DNA from: Armatimonadota bacterium
Lineage (GTDB): Bacteria; Armatimonadota; SYMT01
Length of the DNA stretch: 64,000 nt
Reading direction: 5' to 3'
NCBI GenBank assembly: GCA_041690135.1
Contig: JAWLHY010000013.1
Coordinates: 180,921 to 244,920 of the forward strand
A program made the position numbers and the translations under genes. Of this stretch, positions 1 through 10,542 are shown one piece after another. The notes beneath the pieces are model-generated. The model saw nothing but the letters and a program-made list of their open reading frames with translations. It had not been told where the DNA came from and made no database searches. The number at the start of each line of letters is the position of its first letter. Position 1 is the first letter of the stretch.

Positions 1-2343
1 GGCGCGGAGGTTGGAGACTCCCGAGATCTTCTTTCCCGGGCGGAAGACGGGGCGCGAGGCGATCGGCAGACGGCTGATATGCGCGATGGGGGTGGCGTGG
101 GTGTAGAACTCCCAGAAGCCGGAATCGTCATACACGAGCGAGCGGTACGCCTGGCGGGATACGCCGGCCATCGTCACCATGGCTTCACGCCAGCGCTTGA
201 GGTCGGGACGCGGGCGCGAGGGCTCTCCCGCTGCGATCAGCACTGCATTGGCGATCTGCTCCAGGTGGCGATGGGCGATCGGCTTGAGGCCGTACCGGAA
301 CGAGATCACCTCCCCTTGCTCCGTGAAGCGGATCTGTCCGCTGAAGCTGCCGGGTGGTTGGGAAAGGATGGCCTGGTTAGCGCGGCCGCCGCCGCGGCCG
401 ACCGTTCCGCCGCGACCGTGGAACAGGCGCAGAGTTACTCCGGCAGTGCGGCACGCCGCGGCAAGGCGGGCCTGGGCATCCTGAAGGGCCCAGTTGGCCG
501 CCAGGTAGCCGCCATCCTTGCTGCTGTCCGAATAGCCCAGCATGATCTCCTGGAACTGGTCGCGCGCGGCCAATTGCTGGCGGTAGACCCGGTTCGTGAA
601 GAGTTGCCGCATCAGGCCCTCGCACCGGTGGAGGTCGTCCACGGTCTCGAACAGCGGCACCACGTCCAGGTCACTCTCCATCACCGGTCCGTCGTCGGTC
701 ATCCGCCAGCGGACCAATCCCTCCTCCTTGGCCAGCAGGAGGACTTCCAGCACGTCGCTGACCCCATGCGTCATGCTGATGATGTAGGTGGTGACGGAGT
801 GCGGCGAGATGTAGTGCTGGGCGTGCCGGATCACCTCGAACACCTGGAACACGGCCTGAGCCTCCGGGCTGCCGACCCAGTTCCGCGGGAGAAGCGCGCG
901 CGGGTTGGCGATCTCCCGGGTGAGGACGCGGACCTTCTCTTCCTCGGAAAGCTCACTGTAGCGCTGCCCCGTCGGCAGGATCCGGGAGGTGGCCATCATC
1001 TCGTCCAGCACCGGTGCATGCTCGTCGCTGTGCTGGCGCACGTCGAGCGCGGCGAGGCGGAAGCCGAAGGTCCACACCTGCACGGCCAGGTGCGCCAGGG
1101 GGCCTTCGTCGGCCAGGGCGGCAGCGTGACCGGCACGCAGGCTCCGTTGAATCACGTGCAGGTCTTCCAGCAGTTCGCCGGAGAGCGTGTAGGCGGGCAA
1201 CTGGGCGGCAAAGGAGGGGCCTTCCGCTCGGAAGTCCGAGAGGCCCTGGAGATGGTCCAGGGTCGCCTGCAAGCGCGCTTCAATGAACAGGAGCTTGAGT
1301 GAATACGGCTCCGATTGGAACCGGGGCCGGGGTGCTATCGCCAGGGGGACGGTCTCGCGGTCCTTTTCCAGCGACTGGAGCAGCTCCTCGCTGGGCGGCA
1401 CGAGGCGGCAGCTCTGGGTGAGCAGCCGCTGAAGGGCCTGCACCCGCTCCAGGTAGTAGCGCAGGACCAGCTCCTTGTGGGTCAGCAGGGTGCGCCAGGT
1501 AACATCGGGGGTCACGTTCGGGTTGCCGTCCCGATCGCCGCCGACCCAGGAGCGGTACTGGATGAACGGCGGAATCCGGAAGCTATGCTCCGGATACGCG
1601 GTGGCCAATGCCTCGCGCAGGTCATCGTGCAGCCACGGGACCACGTCCAAAATTGTCTGCTCGAAAAAGTAGAGGGCATTGCGGACTTCGTCCTCGACGG
1701 TGATCCGTGAGGCACGCAGCTCGTCCGTCTGCCACAACGCCGTCAGGGTTCCCCGCAGGCCTCGCTCCACGGCGCCGCCCGGGTTCAGCGGACGGTCGAG
1801 GCGGGGCAATTCGGAGGGGATGGAGCGCTCCATCAGCCAGCCCGCGATGGAATACAGCTTGTTCAACACGGCTCGTCGGCGGGCTTCCGTGGGATGCGCG
1901 GTGAGCGTGGGACAGATCTTGATCTGCTCCAGCAACTCCTGCACCCGCTCGGCCCCTACCCCGGCATCCCGCAGGCGGCACACGGCCTCGGCGATCGAGT
2001 CCGGCCGTCGTCCCGCGGAGTCCTGGGCCGCCCGGCAGCGGTTGACCCGGATGATCTCCTTCTGCTCGGCGGTATTGAGGAGCTGGAACAGGACCGTGTA
2101 GGCCCGCAGCAGTCGCTGGACACGCACCGGGTCGGTGAGCTCGGGGATGCGCTCCGCCAGCGAGCGCGGATCTCCTTCGTCCTGATAGATCCGGCGTGCC
2201 ACGGCCAGGAGTTCGGGATCGCCCTGCTCGGCCAGAACCTCTCCCATCATCCGGTCGAGCAGGCGGATGTCCTCCGAAAGGGGTTCGGACAGCCCCTGCG
2301 GATCGAGGCCGAGTAGCGAAGTTTCCATTGCGCGTTCTGTCAT
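1..2343 (-). CDS. ppc: Phosphoenolpyruvate carboxylase (3' end runs off window; absent from ORF track)
   Basis: Manual minus-strand translation from ATG at 2343 (MTERAMETSLLG...) gives PEPC motifs TLTAHPTE, WVGGDRDGNP, QEIMLGYSDSSKDGG, FHGRGGTVGRGGG and HISRLPIASRP...SNLRA at the window edge. Confidence 0.95.
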   Translation of the reverse strand, partial: MTERAMETSLLGLDPQGLSEPLSEDIRLLDRMMGEVLAEQGDPELLAVARRIYQDEGDPRSLAERIPELTDPVRVQRLLRAYTVLFQLLNTAEQKEIIRVNRCRAAQDSAGRRPDSIAEAVCRLRDAGVGAERVQELLEQIKICPTLTAHPTEARRRAVLNKLYSIAGWLMERSIPSELPRLDRPLNPGGAVERGLRGTLTALWQTDELRASRITVEDEVRNALYFFEQTILDVVPWLHDDLREALATAYPEHSFRIPPFIQYRSWVGGDRDGNPNVTPDVTWRTLLTHKELVLRYYLERVQALQRLLTQSCRLVPPSEELLQSLEKDRETVPLAIAPRPRFQSEPYSLKLLFIEARLQATLDHLQGLSDFRAEGPSFAAQLPAYTLSGELLEDLHVIQRSLRAGHAAALADEGPLAHLAVQVWTFGFRLAALDVRQHSDEHAPVLDEMMATSRILPTGQRYSELSEEEKVRVLTREIANPRALLPRNWVGSPEAQAVFQVFEVIRHAQHYISPHSVTTYIISMTHGVSDVLEVLLLAKEEGLVRWRMTDDGPVMESDLDVVPLFETVDDLHRCEGLMRQLFTNRVYRQQLAARDQFQEIMLGYSDSSKDGGYLAANWALQDAQARLAAACRTAGVTLRLFHGRGGTVGRGGGRANQAILSQPPGSFSGQIRFTEQGEVISFRYGLKPIAHRHLEQIANAVLIAAGEPSRPRPDLKRWREAMVTMAGVSRQAYRSLVYDDSGFWEFYTHATPIAHISRLPIASRPVFRPGKKISGVSNLRA

Positions 2344-2538
2344 CACCGTGCGTTCTCCCGACCGGCATGGCGTCCGGTCCATGAAAGGATAGCCGCTCTC
2401 CCACCGTTGGAGTAGTGCCGCCTTTACGGGTTCGCCACACGAACGATCGGCCCAACCGTAAGCAGTCGAGTTTGGCTCTCACCTGCCTGGGTAGATAGCC
2501 TCCGTCAGGGTAAATCAATAACCCTCGGAGGAAGGACC

Positions 2539-3291
2539 GTGGAGAAAACATACAACAGCAACCCGGGCGACCTGTCCGGAAGCACGGGCACGACCGCCGG
2601 CTACGGGTCGGTCGGGCCAGGGGGAATGTCCCAGACCGGTTCGACGGTGGATCAGGCCAAAGATAAAGCGCACGAAGCAGCTGAGCAGGGCCGCCGCAAG
2701 GCGAGCGAAATGATGGGCCAGGCCCGGCAGCAGATCAAGAGCACGGCCGACAGCCAGATCGATCGCGCCGCGGAGACGCTGGGCAGCACGGCGGAAGCCC
2801 TGCGCCAGGCCAGCGACCAGATGCGCCAGCAGGAGCATGACCGCATCGCGAAGTTCGCGGATGGCGCCGCCGGGCTGGTGGACGACGTTACCACCTACCT
2901 GCGGGACCACGATATCGACCAGATTATGGGCGACGTGGAAAACGCGGCGCGCCGCAACCCGGCAGCGTTCCTGGGTACGGCCTTTGCCCTCGGCTTCATG
3001 GCGACTCGCTTCTTGAAAGCCAGTGGAACTTCCGGCTACTCCGGCGGCCAGGGCGGCTACCAGGGTGGTTATCAGGGCAGTGGCAGCTACGGCTACGGCG
3101 GCTACGGTTACGGCAGCATGGCGGGGCGTGCGGACGCGGTGCCGTCCGAGTATGGTTCCGGTTATGCCGCCGTAGGAACAGCGAGTGGCGCGGTGACCGC
3201 CTACCCTCCCACCGTCGATGCCACGAACACTACTGGCGAGACGCTGGAGATGGATGAGACCGAGGAAGTGACCGGTACCTACCGGAGATGA
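2539..3291 (+). CDS. Hydrophilic general-stress/LEA-like protein with ElaB/YqjD-like membrane anchor and Gly/Tyr-rich tail
   Basis: GTG start with GGAGG/AAGGA upstream; helical Q/K/A-rich repeats; ARRNPAAFLGTAFALGF anchor; first gene of a holin-like/DUF3618 trio. Confidence 0.7.
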   Translation: MEKTYNSNPGDLSGSTGTTAGYGSVGPGGMSQTGSTVDQAKDKAHEAAEQGRRKASEMMGQARQQIKSTADSQIDRAAETLGSTAEALRQASDQMRQQEHDRIAKFADGAAGLVDDVTTYLRDHDIDQIMGDVENAARRNPAAFLGTAFALGFMATRFLKASGTSGYSGGQGGYQGGYQGSGSYGYGGYGYGSMAGRADAVPSEYGSGYAAVGTASGAVTAYPPTVDATNTTGETLEMDETEEVTGTYRR

Positions 3292-3301
3292 GGGCCGAGC
3301 T

Positions 3302-3712
3302 ATGGACTACGTAGATCAGCCGCCCAGGAACGAACGATCCCTGGGTGAGTTGTTCCGGGAACTGGGCCAGGAGTTGGCTGACCTGGTGCGGAAGGAAGCG
3401 GCCCTGGCCAAAGCCGAGATGAGCCAGAAGCTATCGCACGTCCTCAAAGACGTCGCCATGATCGCGGCGGGCGGGGCGATAGCGTATGCGGGCTTCCTGG
3501 TGCTGTGCGGCGCGGTGGTGGTGCTGCTGGTGGAGGGAGGCCTCGCCCTGTGGGCATCGGCGCTGCTCGTGGCGGTTGCCGTGGGGCTTGGTGGCGGACT
3601 GCTCATCTGGAAAGGCCTCGATTCGCTGAAGCATGAGGACATGGTCCCACGACAGACATTGGAAACTTTGAAGGAGGAAAGAAATGAGCCCAGGATACGG
3701 CGGGCGGCGTGA
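3302..3712 (+). CDS. Phage-holin-like (YhjD/DUF1469-type) membrane protein
   Basis: ERSLGELFRELGQELADLVRKEAALAKAEM, two TM segments, C-terminal PRQTLETLKE typical of this family. Confidence 0.85.
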   Translation: MDYVDQPPRNERSLGELFRELGQELADLVRKEAALAKAEMSQKLSHVLKDVAMIAAGGAIAYAGFLVLCGAVVVLLVEGGLALWASALLVAVAVGLGGGLLIWKGLDSLKHEDMVPRQTLETLKEERNEPRIRRAA

Positions 3713-4859
3713 TCCCGTGGAAGATCGGGATGTGGAAATGGATTACGAAGAGGAGATCGTAGCGGTGGACGCGGCGGGAGACCCCATCCAAATCGTGGCT
3801 CGCGATCAGAGCCCGGATGCCGAGATCGCGCGGCGTCGCGCCGAGGTCGAGGAGACCCGGTGCAGTGTCACCAATACGCTGGATGAGATCAAGGACCGGC
3901 TGGACCCGCACGTGATCGCCGACCAGGCCAAGAGCGCGGCTTCCGATATCGCCGACAAAGCGAAGAGCACCGCGTCCGAGATCGCGGACAAGGCGAAGCA
4001 GACCGCGCACGATGTCACCGAGAACGCGGTTCATCGCGTGCAGGACGCCACCATCGGGCGGGCGCAGGAAGCGATGAGCGGGGCGGCTTCGACCGTTCGC
4101 CACGCGGGCAGCAGTGCGGGACACTTCATCCAGGACAATGCGATTCCGTTGGCTCTCATTGGCATCGGCCTGGGTTGGCTTTGGCAAAGCCAGCGTCGGT
4201 CGGAACACGACTACGGGCGTTATGAGGGTCGGGAATACTACGGTGGGCACACGGGTTCCTACCGCGGCGGCTCCTACGAGGGCCAGACCACCGGCCATTA
4301 CATCGGCTACCAGGGCGGGTCCGACATCCAGGGTAACTCCGGACATTGGGGCAGCACCGGCACCGCCACCGGCTATCCGGGCGGAACCGCTCAGTATGGC
4401 GGCATGCAGGGGCATACCGGTGGAATGACGGGACGCGCCCAGGAAGCTGCGGACCAGATGAAAGGCCAGGTCCAGGAGAAAGCCGGGCAGATCAAGGGCC
4501 AGGTCCAGGAGAAAGCCGGACAGGTCAAGGATCAGGTCCAGCAGAAGGCAAGCGAGGTGACTCACAGGGCTCGCGAGCAGAAGGAGCGTGCCAAGGACAC
4601 ATTCCAGCGGACCCTGCACGAGAACCCGATGGCGCTCGGTATCGGCGCGCTGGCGCTGGGGGCCGTGGTCGGCCTCCTCATTCCGGAAACCCGGAGAGAG
4701 CGGGAGATGATGGGCGAGGCGCGGGACAAGATGGTGGACAAGGTCCAGCAGAAGGCCCAGGACCTGGGCCACAAGGTCCAGTCGGTAGCCACCGAGGCGG
4801 TCCAGAGCGCCAAGGAAAGCGCTAAGGAGGAAGCCAAGAACCAGGGCCTGGCAGCCTGA
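3684..4859 (+). CDS. DUF3618 domain / LEA-like stress protein
   Basis: AAGGAGG SD before ATG 3684; IARRRAEVEETRCSVTNTLDEIKDRLDP; NPMALGIGALALGAVVGLLIPETRREREMMGEARD motif; 11-aa helical repeats. Confidence 0.85.
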   Translation: MSPGYGGRRDPVEDRDVEMDYEEEIVAVDAAGDPIQIVARDQSPDAEIARRRAEVEETRCSVTNTLDEIKDRLDPHVIADQAKSAASDIADKAKSTASEIADKAKQTAHDVTENAVHRVQDATIGRAQEAMSGAASTVRHAGSSAGHFIQDNAIPLALIGIGLGWLWQSQRRSEHDYGRYEGREYYGGHTGSYRGGSYEGQTTGHYIGYQGGSDIQGNSGHWGSTGTATGYPGGTAQYGGMQGHTGGMTGRAQEAADQMKGQVQEKAGQIKGQVQEKAGQVKDQVQQKASEVTHRAREQKERAKDTFQRTLHENPMALGIGALALGAVVGLLIPETRREREMMGEARDKMVDKVQQKAQDLGHKVQSVATEAVQSAKESAKEEAKNQGLAA

Positions 4860-4976
4860 TCCGGAGGTCCATCCGGGTGTACGGTTCGGCAGGCGCTGGG
4901 TGCGGTATTGGAAGGTTGGAAGGTTGAAGGTTGAAGCCCCCACGGAGGCTAGGGGTTGAAGGTTGGATCAGGATGG

Positions 4977-5080
4977 CTGAACGCCTGAACGCCTGAACGC
5001 CTGAACGCCTGAACGCCTGAACGCCTGAACGCCTGAACGCCTGAACGCCTGAACGCCTGAACGCCTGAACACCTGAACAC
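4977..5080. repeat. Tandem octamer repeat (CTGAACGC)x11 plus 2 CTGAACAC variants
   Basis: Counted directly; the same unit recurs around 49670-49700 and 49917-49946. Confidence 0.95.
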
Positions 5081-5093
5081 CCAACGCCCGAAC

Positions 5094-5130
5094 ACCCGCC
5101 GGGGAGAGTTATCTCCCCGGCGGGTTTTTG
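5094..5130 (+). terminator. Rho-independent terminator of the stress-gene trio
   Basis: ACCCGCCGGGGAGA-GTTA-TCTCCCCGGCGGGT hairpin followed by a T run. Confidence 0.85.
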
Positions 5131-5681
5131 GGTCCCTGGCCCGCAAACAATCGTTTTCTTCGTGGGACGGCATTCCTGAGTGCATGTCGGTAGAATGAGA
5201 TCTGAGGGGGCCCGTTCCCCTCTCTGCCCGCGGCTAGATTCCCCGCGGGTGGACCGGAAGCCGGACGGATGATCGCTCCTCTCGTGGGCGGCGCAAGTCT
5301 ATCTTCTCCCTGGTCTTTGAGCGTGGAACGGCTCACCCGCATAACGGTGTACAGGAGCAGACGCCTTGCTGGAGTGGCTCCGAGCGGGCTTGTGTGCCGA
5401 GAGAATAGCTGGTTGCAGGCGTAAGCGCCTGCTCTACGGGGTAATACCAGCTAGAGCCCACGCCGCACAGCCCCACTAGGTCCGCGGCGTGGCATCGTGG
5501 GCGCCAGAATTGAGGACACAAGGCAGCAGGCCGGCACGCGGTTGCCGGCCGGCGGCGGCAAGTCCCTGGCAGAACGCGTGACGGCCCGCAGCAGTCCTAT
5601 GGATCCACGCGACGCAGCCAGGGGTCTGGTCCTCAACCGAATGGCCATTGGCCATTCCTGACCAGGAAAGGGGATAGTGCC

Positions 5682-7622
5682 GTGGACTTGATGGAGCGGC
5701 TTGCACAATACCGTTCGGAGGAAGCGAAGGTCCAATGGGAAGGCAACTTTGCCGAGTATTTCGATCTCGTCAAGGCCAACCCCCGGATCGCTCGGCTCTC
5801 CCACGGCCGGGTATTCGATATGATCATGGCCGCCGGGGTCGAGCGCCGCGGCGAGCAGGAGTTCCCGCACTACGAGTTCTTCGCCGACGAGCTGTTCGGG
5901 CTGGAAAAGCCTTTGCAGCAGATTGTCGAGTACTTCAATAGCGCGGCCCAGCGTCTCGAAGTCCGCAAGCGCATCCTCCTGTTGATGGGACCGGTGGGCG
6001 GCGGCAAATCGACCATCGTCAGCCTTCTCAAGCGGGGCCTGGAAGCCTACTCCCGCTCCGACAATGGGGCGGTGTATTCCATCCGGGGCTGCCCCATGCA
6101 CGAGGAGCCGCTCCACCTGGTGCCGGAAGTGATGCGACCGGACATGGAGAAGGAGTACGGGGTCTATATTGAAGGCGACCTCTGCCCGCACTGCCGTTTC
6201 TACCTGGAACGGGATGGGTCGGAAGTCAACAACCATCCGTTCGGACCGAACTTCCGACGGCTGCATTTCGAAGAAGTGCCGGTGAACCGGATCGTTCTCA
6301 GCGAGAAGCACCGGGTCGGAATCGGCACCTTCACCCCCAGCGATCCGAAGAGTCAGGACATCTCCGAACTGGTGGGCGGCATCGACCTCTCGACCATCGG
6401 TGAAGTCGGGGTGGAGTCCGATCCTCGCGCCTACCGCTTCGACGGGGAGTTGAACATCGCCAACCGCGGCTTGATGGAATTCATCGAAATGCTCAAGTGC
6501 GATGAGAAGTTCCTCTATGTGCTTCTCACCCTGTCGCAGGAGCAGAACATCAAAACCGGCCGGTTCTCGATGATCTACGCCGATGAGGTGGTCGTCTCGC
6601 ACACCAACGAGAACGAGTACACCAGCTTCGTTGGTAACCGGAAGAGCGAAGCCCTCCAGGACCGCATCATCCTGGTGAAGGTGCCCTACAACCTGCGGGT
6701 GAGTGAAGAAGTGCGGATCTACGAGAAGCTGCTCAGCCAGAGCAGCATTCTGCAGAACGTCCACATCGCGCCGCACACCCTGCGCGTAGCCAGCACGTTC
6801 GCCATCCTCACCCGGCTCGAGCCGCCCAAGAAGGCGGGAATGAGCCTGATGAAGAAGCTGCGTCTCTACGACGGCCAGGACGTGGAAGGGTTCACCACCA
6901 AGGACGTTCGCGAGTTGCAGGAGGAGACGGTCCGCGAGGGCATGGACGGCATCAGCCCGCGGTACGTCATCAACCAGCTCTCTCGCGCCCTGATCCAGGA
7001 AGGGGTGACCTATATCAGCCCGATCTCGGCCCTGCGGGCGCTGCGGGATGGTCTCGACCAGCACACCAGCATCACCAAGGCCGACCGGGAGCGTTACCTT
7101 AACCTGATCGACGAGACCCGCCGGGAGTACGACGACCTGGCGAAGCTGGAAGTCCAGCGGGCCTTCGTTTACAGCTTCGAAGAGAACGCGCGGACGCTGT
7201 TGAACAACTACCTCGACAACGTGGAAGCGTTCTGCAACCGGCAGAAGGTGCGCGATCCGATCACGGATGATGAGGTCGATCCGGATGAGAAGCTGATGCG
7301 TTCGATCGAAGAGCAGATCGGCATCACCGAGAATGCAAAGAAGACCTTCCGCGAAGAGATCCTGATCCGGATGGCCGCGATGGCTCGCAAAGGTCAGAAG
7401 TTCGAGTACCACAGCCACGACCGGCTGCGGGAGGCGATCGAGAAGAAGCTGTTTGCGGACCTGAAAGACGTGGTGAAGATCACGACTTCCACCAAGACGC
7501 CGGACGCCGAGCAGCTCCGAAAGATCAACGAGGTCGTCGATCGGTTGTGCAAGGAGCACGGGTACATCCCGGCCAGCGCCAACGAGTTGCTGCGCTACGT
7601 AGGCACGCTGCTCAACCGGTAG
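5682..7622 (+). CDS. prkA: PrkA/YeaG family AAA+ serine protein kinase
   Basis: Walker A GPVGGGKST, CPMHEEPL, ANRGLMEFIEMLK, GMDGISPRY; followed by yeaH- and spoVR-like genes. Confidence 0.95.
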   Translation: MDLMERLAQYRSEEAKVQWEGNFAEYFDLVKANPRIARLSHGRVFDMIMAAGVERRGEQEFPHYEFFADELFGLEKPLQQIVEYFNSAAQRLEVRKRILLLMGPVGGGKSTIVSLLKRGLEAYSRSDNGAVYSIRGCPMHEEPLHLVPEVMRPDMEKEYGVYIEGDLCPHCRFYLERDGSEVNNHPFGPNFRRLHFEEVPVNRIVLSEKHRVGIGTFTPSDPKSQDISELVGGIDLSTIGEVGVESDPRAYRFDGELNIANRGLMEFIEMLKCDEKFLYVLLTLSQEQNIKTGRFSMIYADEVVVSHTNENEYTSFVGNRKSEALQDRIILVKVPYNLRVSEEVRIYEKLLSQSSILQNVHIAPHTLRVASTFAILTRLEPPKKAGMSLMKKLRLYDGQDVEGFTTKDVRELQEETVREGMDGISPRYVINQLSRALIQEGVTYISPISALRALRDGLDQHTSITKADRERYLNLIDETRREYDDLAKLEVQRAFVYSFEENARTLLNNYLDNVEAFCNRQKVRDPITDDEVDPDEKLMRSIEEQIGITENAKKTFREEILIRMAAMARKGQKFEYHSHDRLREAIEKKLFADLKDVVKITTSTKTPDAEQLRKINEVVDRLCKEHGYIPASANELLRYVGTLLNR

Positions 7623-7884
7623 ACGGTGGAAAGGAAGAACGGCGCGAGGGGGAAGAACGCCGCCCCTCGCGCCCTATAAAGACTTCCGTACAGACGCATG
7701 AAGTGCGTCTTAGAGCGCTGGTCTGGGTAACGGGGATTGGTGTTGCGCGAGTTCCCAGGCCGAGGTAGGCATCACGGATCCCGTATAACGCATTTCGCAT
7801 CACGAAGCAGTCACTACGCGTATCAAGCACCCGCCTGACAAAACCGGGTTCCAGATTACGCAATACGCAATACGCAAATCTCTT

Positions 7885-9042
7885 ATGGCAGTTGCATCGA
7901 TCTCACAGGCAGACTGGTCTCTCCATCGGAAGGGACACATCGACCAGAAGCGGCACCAGGAGAAGATCAAGGAGGCAATTAAGGAGAACCTCCATGAGAT
8001 CGTCAGCCGCGAGGACATCATCCTGTCCGACGGGAAGAAGGTGGTAAAAGTCCCCATCCGGTCGCTGGAGCAATACAAGTTCCGCTTCGACCAGAACAAG
8101 GGCGAAGGCGTAGGGCAAGGCCAGGGCGGCACTAAAGTCGGCGACGTCATCGGTCGAGCCCCTTCCGAAGGGCAGGGCCAGGGTCAGGGTCAGGGTCAGG
8201 CCGGTGATCAGCCCGGTGGCGACTACTACGAAGCCGAGGTCAACATCGAGGAACTGGCTGCTCTGATCTTCGAGGACCTGGGCCTGCCGAACCTGGAAGA
8301 GAAGCGCAACCAGCAACTCGAGGCCGAGAGCGTTACGTTCAAGGACATCCGCCGGACCGGAATCATGTCCAACCTGGACAAGCGGCGGACCATCAAGGAG
8401 AACATCAAGCGGAACGCCAAGCTTGGCGCTGCGAGATTTCAGAACGTGCGGAACGAAGACCTGCGCTTCAAGACCTGGGACCCCGAGATCCGGCACGAGT
8501 CGAACGCCGTCGTCATTGCGATGATGGACGTTTCCGGGTCCATGGGTGAGTTCGAGAAGTATATCGCCCGCAGCTTCTACTTCTGGATGGTCCGCTTCCT
8601 GCGCACGAAATACAACAACGTCGAGATCGTCTTCATCTCGCACCACACGGAAGCGAAGATCGTCTCCGAAGAGGAGTTCTTCACCAAGGGTGAAAGCGGC
8701 GGCACCCGGGTGTCGAGCGCCTACCAGCTGGCTTACGAGGTGATCCAGCAGAAGTACGCTCCATCGGACTGGAATATCTATCCGTTCCACTTCTCCGATG
8801 GCGACAACATGTTCAGCGACAACCGTCTCTGTGTGGAGCTGGTGAAGCAACTCCTGGAAGTCTGCAACCTTTTCGGCTATGGGCAGATCAAGCAGGGCTG
8901 GTATCCGGCGGGCACCCTGATGAGCGTCTACAGCCAGGAGATCGATCACGATAAGTTCGTGGCCGTTACCATTGAGGACAAAGAGGACGTTTATCCGGCA
9001 CTCCGAAAGTTCTTCGCCATCCGCCAGCCGGTAGAGGCCTGA
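7885..9042 (+). CDS. yeaH: YeaH/YhbH (DUF444, vWA-like) protein
   Basis: DWSLHRKG, MMDVSGSMG MIDAS-like motif, GESGGT, YPFHFSDGDN. Confidence 0.92.
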   Translation: MAVASISQADWSLHRKGHIDQKRHQEKIKEAIKENLHEIVSREDIILSDGKKVVKVPIRSLEQYKFRFDQNKGEGVGQGQGGTKVGDVIGRAPSEGQGQGQGQGQAGDQPGGDYYEAEVNIEELAALIFEDLGLPNLEEKRNQQLEAESVTFKDIRRTGIMSNLDKRRTIKENIKRNAKLGAARFQNVRNEDLRFKTWDPEIRHESNAVVIAMMDVSGSMGEFEKYIARSFYFWMVRFLRTKYNNVEIVFISHHTEAKIVSEEEFFTKGESGGTRVSSAYQLAYEVIQQKYAPSDWNIYPFHFSDGDNMFSDNRLCVELVKQLLEVCNLFGYGQIKQGWYPAGTLMSVYSQEIDHDKFVAVTIEDKEDVYPALRKFFAIRQPVEA

Positions 9043-9046
9043 CCTT

Positions 9047-10498
<1,452 letters not shown>

Positions 10499-10542
10499 TC
10501 CGACCGCCCACCAGGGGATCGAGTGAAGGGAAAGGAGGGTGG

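Noticed and set aside
79-2316. Long + strand ORFs (407, 131, 140 aa)
   Set aside because: Antisense shadows of ppc on the minus strand; common in high-GC DNA.
4977-5080. Possible CRISPR array
   Set aside because: Direct tandem 8-mers with no spacers and no cas genes; no CRISPR array was seen anywhere in the window.
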